DNA of 64,000 nt from Catajapyx aquilonaris (taxonomy: Eukaryota), in contig JYFJ02001486.1 in the NCBI GenBank assembly GCA_000934665.2, positions 1-64,000 of the forward strand, in the 5' to 3' direction. The notes below the pieces were generated by a model. It was not told the DNA's origin. It saw only the letters and a list, made by a program, of their open reading frames with translations, and made no database searches. How positions within the stretch are numbered: position 1 is the stretch's first letter; each line of letters starts with the position of its first letter. Positions 1 through 17,709 of this stretch are shown here, in pieces. The position numbers were made by a program, and so were the translations under genes.

Positions 1-2611
1 TTACAGCTAGTAATGTACTTTACATCAATAGTACAGTGCATGATGAGATAAATTATTGTGAAAGGAAGGAAGAGAAGTATATAAATGTAGCTTTTACAAA
101 TGGGTTGATTTTATATACCATATATAACTATGCTGGAATAAATAGTATAGGTTACCATCAGAGGCCCTATACTGTACCAAAATACGAGTTATCCACAAGG
201 TACTAATAAATTACTATTGTAGTGTACTTCCAAATTGCGCATACTGGTATACACTATACTCACTGGGTGTCAGCGGTTTTATAATGCTGGCCATTTTCCT
301 TGATGTCATCAACTTAGTTACCTTTTTTTTTGCCTACAGAGTATTACTTGACAGAATTGTGCAAAGTTAGCCTCTTTCGCGATAGTGATTAAGCATGAAC
401 ACTCTCCTGTCCTATTCCATATGGCCTAGGGCTAGGCAACCACTGTATGTAGTATGTATGATGGGTCATCTGTCAGGCGAACTCCCTAGTCCCTACAAAT
501 AGGAGTCGTGTGTGTTGCGGAATGTGTTAGGGGCAGTCCAACGTGTCTGGTCGTCTACCTCATTACTTGTTGGTCCCTCGACATTTCATCCCATACATTT
601 CTGGCATATTTCGGGACATTGGGTACACTGCCGACCGGAAGATGTAATATACTAGTATGGAACAACTTGTACATACACATATCCACAGTGCAGATGTAAC
701 ATATAGTTAATTACTTAATGAGCACGTTTTCATTTAAATACGGTATCAAATAACTTGGTACAATTGCGAAATTACCATAGTTTATAATTATTAAAATGAC
801 CATTGACCAATGATTCTAACACTGCTGTCAGAGATCAACTTGCTTCCTATGTAGAGGCTACAACAATGCACTATGTATAAACAGTTATGTGTAATATTGA
901 ATAGGCCTTCCGGTACACTTTAACATGTTGACATGTGTGTAATATGGCTATTGATATTACAGTATTATTATTATTATTATTATTGTTTGACAATGTGGAC
1001 TAGTTGGATGTCAACATACTTGAATGTTACACCTAATGTTGCAACCACTTCAAGAAGCATAGATTGAGCAATCCAAGCAAATTGGAACAATAATAATGAC
1101 AACTACTTGCACTCTTGCAAGCATATTTTGTGCCAAGCATGCTTCAATGCATTATAAAACATGAGCAGCTGCGGAGATTCAAAAGGCAGCTTTGAGTTCA
1201 TCATATGTGTTTGATGCCAAAGCCCAAAATGTCTGAATTCTGCAAGACGGAAATCCTTAGGCATCCTCTTAAGGACCTGGTGCAACATGAAAATCATATT
1301 ATAGCACAATACTTACGTTTGTATGCGAACTAAGAGAGGATTCACAGGTAACTAAAAGCTATTGGTGATGCATCACCCACATCGTCATCTGCTCACACCA
1401 CCACCACCCCTCCCTCACATCCCTTTCCTCCCTCCCTCCCCCTACCTCTATTCCCTGTTATCCTATCCTATATATCACAGACACCTACCTGGCTTCCATA
1501 ACTAATACAGAGGAATTCACTTTAACTTTAATAATGTTTATTAGTATAATTATGACACCCAGCTAAACTTCTAAGACATTTTTTTAAATGAGAGAAACGA
1601 CGTATTTTGATGATGTGTATGAGTTTTTAAAGGGTTATTTGCTTATTCCAAGTAGTTCACATGACACGCGAGCTATATGTATAATCCTGGCTTATTTCCA
1701 TACACAGGTGGGACGGACCAATGGGTGCAAAGGTATTGTCCTGGCAGCAGGTGGTTAGGATAAATGTGCAGAAGGTCTTCTCCCCACTGCTGAAGCAAAA
1801 AAAAGTATATCGCTTCCAATAAAGCAATGGTATATCAAGTACAGTACATCTAATGTGCAGAAGTAACTATGGGCATGTGTGTACAGCCATACCACGTATG
1901 TTTGTGCAGTCAAACTTACAGTATGATCACTTCTCGTGCGCCACTTTTTTATTAACGGATGAGGCCTATCGTGTTCTTTCTCTTCACACTTCATGTTCTC
2001 ACAATATTGCGAAAAGTACGCGTAATATTTTAGAAAATACAATAATTACTGTTATTCCATTTCTCACGACGGCATTTTCCCCTATATACATAATAATTAT
2101 ATACTTCTGGCAAATGGGAAATACCGTAGGCCACCAATTAATTTCTATTCTCAATTAACAGGTTTTATGTCTCAAAATATATTATAGTAGTGGCTTTTCC
2201 TACCCCGATCAATAGAAATATGGGCGGAATAAATGTTGGGAAAGTCACTTTTCAGAAAGGGGAAAAAAAAAATCTCGTATATGTTAAAAAAGGGGCATTC
2301 CTGAGAAGGACGCTGTAATCATATGTATAGGTTTTCTTCCTTTCCGGAAAGAGTGACTTGTTTGGTACTTACATTATTCGAAGTAGAAAATGGCGCCCCT
2401 CATTTTAAGACACATACACAGTCATTACTTATTGACTGTAAGCTTCAAAACATGCATGGTATACCTCTCGACATAGAGTATAGGGTGCAAATGCGATTTC
2501 ATTTTCAGATCACTCGCACTCGTGAGAAGGTATTCGTTTACTTTAATTCAATGAGAGTTAAAAGTCTACATCAGAGGTCTTCAACAGGTGTTGCTCGGAA
2601 CATTAAATAAC

Positions 2612-3294
2612 CAAAGGTGGGCATTAGCGCCTCTAATCAGCTAACAGCTAGCAGCTGAACTAACTTTTCGGTAGCTGATTAGTTGTTTTCTCTAACTTTT
2701 CAGGCCGCTAGGTGACTAATTACTCCCACTAAATTAGTGCCGCACTGCAGCTAAATAAATTCAGCTAACAAAATTCATTCGTGTTCCTGTCTCGCTGTCT
2801 GTTCCTTTTTAGTTGCATTGTTTCCACTCCAAGCCGGGATTAAAATAGACCAGTTTTACAGGGCTAGGTGCTGGATTGTAAATTCTCTGCCTACCTGGCC
2901 AAAACTTATTTTCCGATCACTTCGGTGCGCGGATTATATTATAGCTACCAGTTTTTTAATATAAATTTTGCCTTGTCTTTGTAGCTTTCTTCTGAGACAA
3001 ATAAACTTTTTTCCTCTTTGGATTTGTTTATTACTTTTTGTACGGAACAGTAGCCTAAATAACTAAATAAGGCGTATGTGTAGCAATGCTCTCTAGGCTG
3101 TATCAGCTTAGGTCTGTTTTTCAAGGGTCATGGAGCAAAAAAAAAAGGAAGTTAGCTGTTAGCTGTTAGCATTAGCTTTAACTAATTTTCTATCCATTTA
3201 GCATTTAATTAGCTATTTAGCAAATCCAATTTTTTGTAGTTAGCTGATCAGCTGTTAGAGAAGCTGATTTTTCGGTTAGCTGTGCCCACCTTTG
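2612..3294. mobile_element. Non-autonomous hAT-type DNA transposon (MITE)
   Basis: TIR CAAAGGTGGGCA..TGCCCACCTTTG; exact 8-bp TSD TAAATAAC (2604-2611 and 3295-3302); dense subterminal TAGCT/AGCTA repeats at both ends. Confidence 0.88.
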
Positions 3295-4616
3295 TAAATA
3301 ACATCGTTTTATTGCACGATTCCGGCGAAGTTTTGTAGCAAAAATAAGCCGAGTCACCTTCGCCCACGTTGTTATATTAACTGCAATAATTTGCAATGTT
3401 TAAAAAGTGAAAATAAAATAGCCAACTTCACCAGTGAGTTTCTGCCCAGTCGTATCGCATCAGCTGTATGTAAATCACAGTATCGCATTTGCCAGTTGAA
3501 CGTTAAGTCTCTATCGTGTATAGCCCATTGTCAATAAAATTGTGTCCATCATTGTTTCTTCGTGGGACAGCACCTGCAATAAGGGGGTGGCAGCGGTAGT
3601 TGAATAATGAGCTCGTATTAGCATCCCTTCTGCTTCTCCCAATCATCCGGGCATTCAACCTGTCCTTAGTGTCACCTGCTGCCACTTTATTCTGACACAG
3701 ATCAGAAATGAGTTAACGGATATAATTATGTTCGGAAGAAAAAAAAAGGAACTAACACAATATGAAGCGCAGAGTACGCAGAGGCATTCGCGAGGGGTAA
3801 GTCCGATACCCTACTAGACTTTATTACACTATAATACATATAATTATCAAGGGCTCTTGAATATATTAAGTCTGCAAAAAGTATGATGATCAGACCTCCG
3901 AAATCTAAAGTCGGTAGTGCATTATGAAGGCTAATAGCCTACTTGGTAAAAACCTTGTACTGTACATGTAAAGAAGCCCCTCAAATTGCTTATTTTTAAA
4001 AATAATAATTTTAACTTAATACACACACTGTATAAGCTACCGGATTTATGGGCTTTACGTAAGAATCTACAGCCAAGTTTTCCCATGAACCAACAAGAGC
4101 TCTCCCATGACGCCAAAAGCACCCATTGCATCGCCTCTGTCCCTTCGCATCGCCCTCCTCCCGCACCAGTCACCCTCCTCGATCGTATCCTGTAATTATT
4201 GTCAGTGGGGGAAAAATTCGAACAGATAACTGAGACATACTAAACTGTCATCAGTAGAAAATAATATATTATTATATAATATATTTATATCTATAGTGGC
4301 ATGTACACTGAGAAAACGCAGGAAATCACGTACAAACTATGCACAAAATTTCTGAGCACTCACATTAACGTCAAATATTACGAGAAAAGTACTCAATAGA
4401 AATTGACCTTCGGAGCTACAGATATTCACTTGGAAAAATTTTAACGATTCGCCAATCTCATACTAATTATACACAATAAATGATTGTATTAGGGTAATAT
4501 GCCAGATGCTCGTATAGTAGCCTACATTATTTGACCTATTTTAAGTATATTGCAAAAGTTACGTTAACAAAATTTTGGAGGGAATAATACAGGCAAACAG
4601 GCTTATATAGGGTAAA

Positions 4617-6563
4617 ATGGAACTGAGAGGACTACCAGTCACGACAATGCTCCTGACCCTGCTGGTTCTTCTGCTGCTGCTGCTAATGCTGCTAGTGAGT
4701 GCAAGTGCAAAAGTGAGTTTGCAATCAGTTCATACAGATCGGGAATCGGAACTGGTATTCTCATTGTTGAGTGGAATCATACAGGAGCAACCAGACTGCC
4801 TGTTTGTAATTGCTGGTGACTCATCGCCTGTAAATGAATTTGGCCTCCTTTTGCGTACCAGTCACAACCCAGTGTCCCTGGTCACCTGGACCAACTCCAC
4901 CCCTCCACCCTCTCCTAACCAACCACATGAGTACCCTTTTTCCTGGTTGCACCGACCTACAGCAAAACCTTTGCAGAAATGTGCCTATTTCCTGATCATG
5001 TGCCAGTCAGTCCATGTCCAACCATTGCTGGAATACCTGGCCAGCCTGATACTAATCAGGAGCGGATACGACAAATTCATCTTCTGGATGAGGGATGGCC
5101 AAGTGGACAGAGCACTGCTGCACCCCAGTACCCGGATGCTGCTGTTCCAACTCGGATTGGAGTACCAACAAGTGACCCAGTCAATGAAACTACTCAGCAA
5201 CTGCCATTTCTGCAATGATGGTGAGCCAATGGTGGTTCCTCGAGGTCTGTACACGCTTAAACAATTTCATCCATCACCAGTGACAGCCTTGTTCCCAGAT
5301 TGGTCCAGAGACTTGCATGGAAAGTTCTTAAATGCCACCTATGCCTTTGATCTGTCAAAAAGTGAGCTCAAGTACATAGTTGATAACTTCATGCCAATGT
5401 TTCCACCCATAATTTTTGTGCTGCCAATAAGTGAAGTGCTCAACTTTGATTGGAACATGGAGGCCACTGTTTTGGATGACGGTGTCTTACCAGATGTCCC
5501 TTTAAGCAATGGCACCTTCTCAGGAATGGCAGGTGACATTATCAATGGAAAGCAATTAGGCATAACTGTACCTTCCAATGTACTCGTCAGTGTTTTGGAC
5601 CAGTCGTTTCCTCACTATTATTCGCACTTGACATTTATAACAAGGAAGCCCCGCATAAGTTACACCTGGAAAGCAATTATTCAACCTTACACACCTCAAA
5701 TGTGGCTGTTAATTTTTCTTGCAACTCTGTGCAGCAGCTCTGTACTGTTTGCCAGCCTGTATTTCAGCAGGGTTACAGAAAGGTTCCCCGGCCATCCTCC
5801 TAGACATCTCACCCTATATTCACTCAGATATATGTTTTCCACCTTGATTGAAGAAAATCCTAACCAGATCCCAAATGCTGAACCAGCCCGAATGTTCATT
5901 TCATTTTGGTGGATTTTTTCACTGGTGATCATTTGTGGGTATGAGGCACGTTTTATAGGCTACTTGGCCTCGCCCCAGCTAGAAAGGCTGCCTTCCAACT
6001 ATGATGAACTAGCAACATGGCCCCAATGGACTTGGGGAATGATTGCATTTACCAGACCCTATCTGAATTCAGTCTTAATGAATGGTGGCAGCAGTTCATT
6101 TCAGGTGATCACAAATAAGATGAAGGACCATATAGACATCAATACATGTGTGTTGGCAGCCATCAATTCTGACCATTCATGTGTATCTAGTTATGACATC
6201 TTGATAGCAGGGAGCTACCAGTATATTGACAAAGCTGGAAATTTTGCCACCACTTTTGCGCCAGATAGCAGCGTATCAGTATATGGGACCTTGGTGTTTG
6301 CTAAGAACAGTTTGCTCACTCCGATCATGAGCAGGATGACAATGTACTTTATAGATGCAGGTCTGATAGAAAAATTCCTGGACTATTTTAAACACACCTG
6401 CTTGATGATGGGGCTAAAAGATGCTCGATCTAAAAACCGAATGTATGAAAGGTCAATGGCATTGAATTGGCAACAGCTAAGTGGTATCATGTATTTCTTG
6501 ATTATATTTTCCTGGGGACTGGGAATTGTCTTATTTTTATGCGAAAATTTTCACTCATTATAA
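4617..6563 (+). CDS. Divergent ionotropic receptor (IR, variant iGluR chemoreceptor family), intronless, 648 aa
   Basis: Single long ORF with a Leu-rich signal peptide. IR/iGluR hallmarks: FPDWSRDLHGK before S1, WKAIIQPYTPQMWLL before M1, ARMFISFWWIFSLVIICGYEARFIGYLASP (pore-lining helix), S2 LLTPIMSRMTMYFIDAGLIEK, and ALNWQQLSGIMYFLI before the last TM. Confidence 0.9.
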   Translation: MELRGLPVTTMLLTLLVLLLLLLMLLVSASAKVSLQSVHTDRESELVFSLLSGIIQEQPDCLFVIAGDSSPVNEFGLLLRTSHNPVSLVTWTNSTPPPSPNQPHEYPFSWLHRPTAKPLQKCAYFLIMCQSVHVQPLLEYLASLILIRSGYDKFIFWMRDGQVDRALLHPSTRMLLFQLGLEYQQVTQSMKLLSNCHFCNDGEPMVVPRGLYTLKQFHPSPVTALFPDWSRDLHGKFLNATYAFDLSKSELKYIVDNFMPMFPPIIFVLPISEVLNFDWNMEATVLDDGVLPDVPLSNGTFSGMAGDIINGKQLGITVPSNVLVSVLDQSFPHYYSHLTFITRKPRISYTWKAIIQPYTPQMWLLIFLATLCSSSVLFASLYFSRVTERFPGHPPRHLTLYSLRYMFSTLIEENPNQIPNAEPARMFISFWWIFSLVIICGYEARFIGYLASPQLERLPSNYDELATWPQWTWGMIAFTRPYLNSVLMNGGSSSFQVITNKMKDHIDINTCVLAAINSDHSCVSSYDILIAGSYQYIDKAGNFATTFAPDSSVSVYGTLVFAKNSLLTPIMSRMTMYFIDAGLIEKFLDYFKHTCLMMGLKDARSKNRMYERSMALNWQQLSGIMYFLIIFSWGLGIVLFLCENFHSL

Positions 6564-6661
6564 TATGCATGATCTAGTTACAACAACAGCATATATGGTT
6601 AGGTTAACTAGTAATTCACTGCTCTTTAAAATTTAAAACTGAAAATTACTTGCAGTGAATT

Positions 6662-7020
6662 AGGGGGGCCGGAGTGGCTCTGCAGTAACGTATGCCCACG
6701 GATGTAAGGGTCCCGGGTTCGATCCCAAGCGCGGGCATTCCCCCTTTCATCTCATGCAGAGTTGGGTCGTCTCTGGCTTCATCTCGGGTTCGATTCCTTG
6801 AGACTAACCACCCAGGGGAGTTCACAAAACGACATTAGCAACGACAATGCACTGCACCTTGCACATCCCCACCCACTCATGTCCCCTTCCCTCAAGGTAC
6901 CGGGGCATTACAGAAAAGGACCAACGTGTACAGGCTTGTAATATCAAAGCTAATAAAGGTACCGTGCCAGATGCCCAAGAAGGGCGGTGCACTAATGCCC
7001 TATTATTATATTATTATACC
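6662..7020 (+). mobile_element. tRNA-derived SINE
   Basis: A-box-like AGTGGCTCTGCAG, B box GGTTCGATCCC, (TAT)n tail, TSD TGCAGTGAATT at 6651-6661 and 7021-7031. Confidence 0.8.
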
Positions 7021-7248
7021 TGCAGTGAATTCTCAATGTAGTATGAAAAAAAAAAAATCAATTTCTAAAATGCATACATACTATAATTATGAGGAAAACC
7101 AGGTTTGGAGATGTAATATTGAACAATTTACAGCATTCCCTTCTGTACAGTGAAGAAGCAGGCAACTTCTGCTTGAGGAGCTCAGCAGATATTCCAAGAC
7201 AAGGGCGATTTCCACAAAAAAGAGGACCCACATCGGATAGAGTTGGGT

Positions 7249-7536
7249 TGACAGACATCGCGGAAGGCGGGAGGGTGAGTGGTGTCTGAGGGCAGTGGTT
7301 GTGTCGCAAAAACGGAGCAGGCATCAGGCTGAAGGATAGCCTGGATAGGCGTGTATCCGCTGAAGATAGGTCTGCATCTGCAAGGAATGAAGGTTAGGTT
7401 AGGTTGGTACAATATACCCCTTCCCAAATCAAAAATATCCCAAATTCAAAAAAATCAATACTTGCATCCTTGCATTTGCGACACAGCCACTGCCCCCGAC
7501 CACTACTCACCCTCCCGCCTTCCGCGATGCCTGTCA
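7249..7536. repeat. Inverted repeat pair (about 60-bp arms) enclosing a short GGTTAGGTTAGG tract; probable MITE remnant
   Basis: TGACAGACATCGCGGAAGGCGGGAGGGTGAGT.. is mirrored by ..ACTCACCCTCCCGCCTTCCGCGATGCCTGTCA. Confidence 0.65.
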
Positions 7537-7913
7537 GTTGTACTCCTTCCCCCACATCATTACACCAATTTTGTATGCATCAACTGTAGGCCTACCAGAT
7601 CTGGTGTTGATCTCCATGGCCAACAGTGATTTGAGGTGATCATACAGTGCACATACTGAAATGATCATTTAAGCAGAAATCCTTCTCCCAGTGTTCATGG
7701 TAGCACAATACAATGAGTTCCACTGCAATTTCCACTGTGGTTTGGCAGTTGCCACTTATGGTACGTAGGACTTTCCAGCAAGTGGGCCAGTCAACAGCAT
7801 GCTGCCATAAAGCCGACATACAAGCCAGTGGGCATTGTTTAAATGGTTTTTGTGACTTTTAATATATCACAGTAGAACTCCTATTATTTGCCCTCTAAAT
7901 ATCTGTACCAGTA

Positions 7914-8209
7914 ACCGAAGCAGTAGTGGTGGAGTGGATAGGGTGTCCGACTGCTAATCGGGAGGTCTTGGGTTCGAATCCCGGAGGCCGGCGACCCTGA
8001 CCATGGTTTTCTGTGGTTTCCCATGATCCTTGCAGGATAATTCCGGGGTCGTTACCGTAATCATAGGCCACAGCCGCTTCCTTCCTTCCCTATCCCTGCT
8101 TCATTCCGATGAAAAAAAGTAGTAAAAATGGAAGAGTTCCAGACAAAAAATTGGGAGAAATCCCCCCCTAGAAAAGCCCGGTAGGCTGATAATGGGGTAT
8201 CAAATTATT
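7914..8209 (+). mobile_element. tRNA-derived SINE, family A copy 1
   Basis: tRNA-like head with CTGCTAA anticodon-loop-like sequence and B box GGTTCGAATCCC; body GGTTTTCTGTGGTTTCCC; 15-bp TSD ATATCTGTACCAGTA (7899-7913, 8210-8224); second copy at 37908. Confidence 0.9.
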
Positions 8210-9215
8210 ATATCTGTACCAGTACTTTATTGAAATTCAGCCACCGTATTTCAATGGAATATCTGTCATTTACATTGTTCACATTCATATGGCTTTAATG
8301 GGGGCTGAAAAATCTCAATGTGACGCGAGCAAGAGTAATACACAAAAATAATAATTGACTATGTCTGCCACCACACCTGTCACTTCTGTTTTAGGCCAGG
8401 AAAGAGTACAAAGTGAAGAAAAAAGTAAGCAATATTAATTTAGTTGCTTCACCATGAAGTTTCCTTTGGTGTTTGAAGTATCCTGGGATTTTCTCTCCCA
8501 CTCCACATTTTCACCAACATCCAGTGGGTGGGAATTGGAGGCGTGTTGTCAAGAAAGAATGCGGTAAGAGATTGCCATTAAGTCTTATTTATTTATTGTT
8601 CAGCAGCCATCACTTTGGTGGCATGTAATTGGAAAACTGAACCAATGCATTGGGCTACAAGCCTGTGCATCTCTTGCTTGTTAGGCCCATCAATTTTAAG
8701 TCACATCCATCAATATACCTATGGGAACTGTACACCAAACACATCTACTGACGGATAATTCCATCATCCTCATCCTCACTACTGCGTCCTGTAATTGTGC
8801 CTGTAATGGACACCACCTTGTCTACTCTGCTAGAGAAATTAACCAACACTTTGATGCTGCACTAATACAATGAGAAAGCATATTTACTGAAGTGCAGCCT
8901 ATAAAATACACTATACAGACTAATGATAATGGTGCTTTAATCTTGAGTCATAATAAAAGGAGTCCGACACAAAAATTTAAAATGACAATTATTAAAGTTG
9001 ACCTTAGTAAATGGAAATAAATGAATTATAGGAAGTCATCAGATAATATGTTATCAGGGACGTACAATAAAGGAATTATTGAGATGCACCACAAAATCTG
9101 CAGCTTGGCTTATGTAAAAATGTACACGATGCATTCTCTCTAACATTAGAAGTACACAAGATCAACATCCTCAATTGGACTGAAAATTACATCACAAGTA
9201 CATTGTCAACAAAAA

Positions 9216-9445
9216 GGGAGCACGGTGGTCTAGTGGTTACGCCACTGGCCAGCCAAGTGGGAGGCCGGGGTTCAAATCCCGTCCCCGTCACCTCTGCTTG
9301 GCCGGGTCTTTTCCCGCTTTTCAACCGACATGCCGGGGCAGAATTGCACTCCCTACTCTGCCCAGGGAAGTTTCTTAAGTGTCCCATAACTGTATGGTTT
9401 ACCCCTATTACATGGAGTGACATGAGCTCTCTAGACTTCACATTA
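9216..9445 (+). mobile_element. tRNA-derived SINE
   Basis: A box GGTGGTCTAGTGG and B box GGTTCAAATCCC followed by a non-tRNA body; no clear TSD; 3' end approximate. Confidence 0.65.
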
Positions 9446-9643
9446 TGAAAATAGCATAATTGTGCTATGTTGTTGCTTTATTTAATTACGACCTCCTCAA
9501 GCTGTGCTCCATTATTCCATAGACTTAAGCAAAGATGAGATTTACATGCTTGTCCAGGGTCACAACTGAAGCAGTCACATAACACCTCTGATAACATTAA
9601 AGGGATTGGATTGCTAGTGTTGGACATAAATCGAGGCATACTG

Positions 9644-9747
9644 CTAGCGACATTTTCCGAAGTGGCAGAGGAAGGAATCTTGCTCGCCCGGCTTGCAGTA
9701 TCCTTACCATTGATTCCTTCTTCTGCCGATTCAGAAAATGTCGCTAG
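9644..9747. repeat. Imperfect hairpin (about 35-bp arms) downstream of RNF113A
   Basis: CTAGCGACATTTTCCGAAGTGGCAGAGGAAGGAATC pairs with GATTCCTTCTTCTGCCGATTCAGAAAATGTCGCTAG. Confidence 0.75.
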
Positions 9748-9922
9748 ACACCAGTGCCTCAAATGCCTTGATTAATGTCCAACACTTCACCATAGTTTGT
9801 AATTAAATGAATCTTCAACATACCAAAGATAGAGTCATTTATTTACAAAACTGAACAACAACTCAAACCTCTCCCAGAACAACAGAAATTTTCATTGACA
9901 CTGGGTGTCCATTTAGCACATT

Positions 9923-17076
<7,154 letters not shown>

Positions 17077-17709
17077 CTCTGCCTGTCCCGCTCCCGAGGT
17101 CCGATGCTGCGGCTTTTGTTTCTGGACGTAAGACCAGAGGTACCCTCAACCCCGAGTGCGACGACGACCTCCGACCACGACGAATAAACCACAACCGGGA
17201 ACACAACAACACCAATCGCACGCAACGCACTCGGTCTAGTAACTACAAGTTACGCCAGATGGCGGGATTGGCGGACGTGGATGGCAGTTGAGCTGGTGGC
17301 CAAACGATGGCACAACGAAAGGACATCAAAACCAAGGGTACCAAGAGAAGTCTCAAGGCCCTCCTCATTGTCCCGGTTTAGTTTATTTCGCAACGTCATA
17401 TTACAGTGTAAAAAGTATTATTAGAGTGTATTGGCATAAAAATTCAGTCCAGTCTTGAATGGGGGCAGGAAGAGGGTCTCAGTGAGAGTGTCTGGCAACT
17501 GGGCACCCAAGCGCGCGGTTTCGCTCTTCACGTCACGACTCACGGGACCGGAGAAGAAAGAAGGGAAGATGGCCTCCTATGGTGCATGATCTGGAGAAAG
17601 AAGGATCTCCACTTCTCCAGCGCCCAGCCCGAGGAGCCAAGAGTTAGCGGTTGCCGGCGAGGCCTCGTCCTAGTACACGCAAGACCAGCCCGATAACCTC
17701 CTGCAAGTC
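17077..17709. promoter_or_regulatory. Probable bidirectional promoter and 5' UTR region between RNF113A and ORC4
   Basis: CpG-rich stretch between divergent start codons about 630 bp apart; contains GATGGCGG (YY1-like) and TGGCGGGA (E2F-like) at about 17258-17267. Confidence 0.6.

Noticed and set aside
1335..1520. Possible truncated retroposon flanked by AGAGGA(A)TTCAC
   Set aside because: The flanking repeats are imperfect and the body is low-complexity; not enough to call.
7914..7990. tRNA-Ser(GCT)-like gene (also at 37908; other tRNA-like heads at 9216 and 25906)
   Set aside because: No proper acceptor stem; the heads run into non-tRNA bodies, mostly with tails and TSDs, so they are SINEs rather than tRNA genes.
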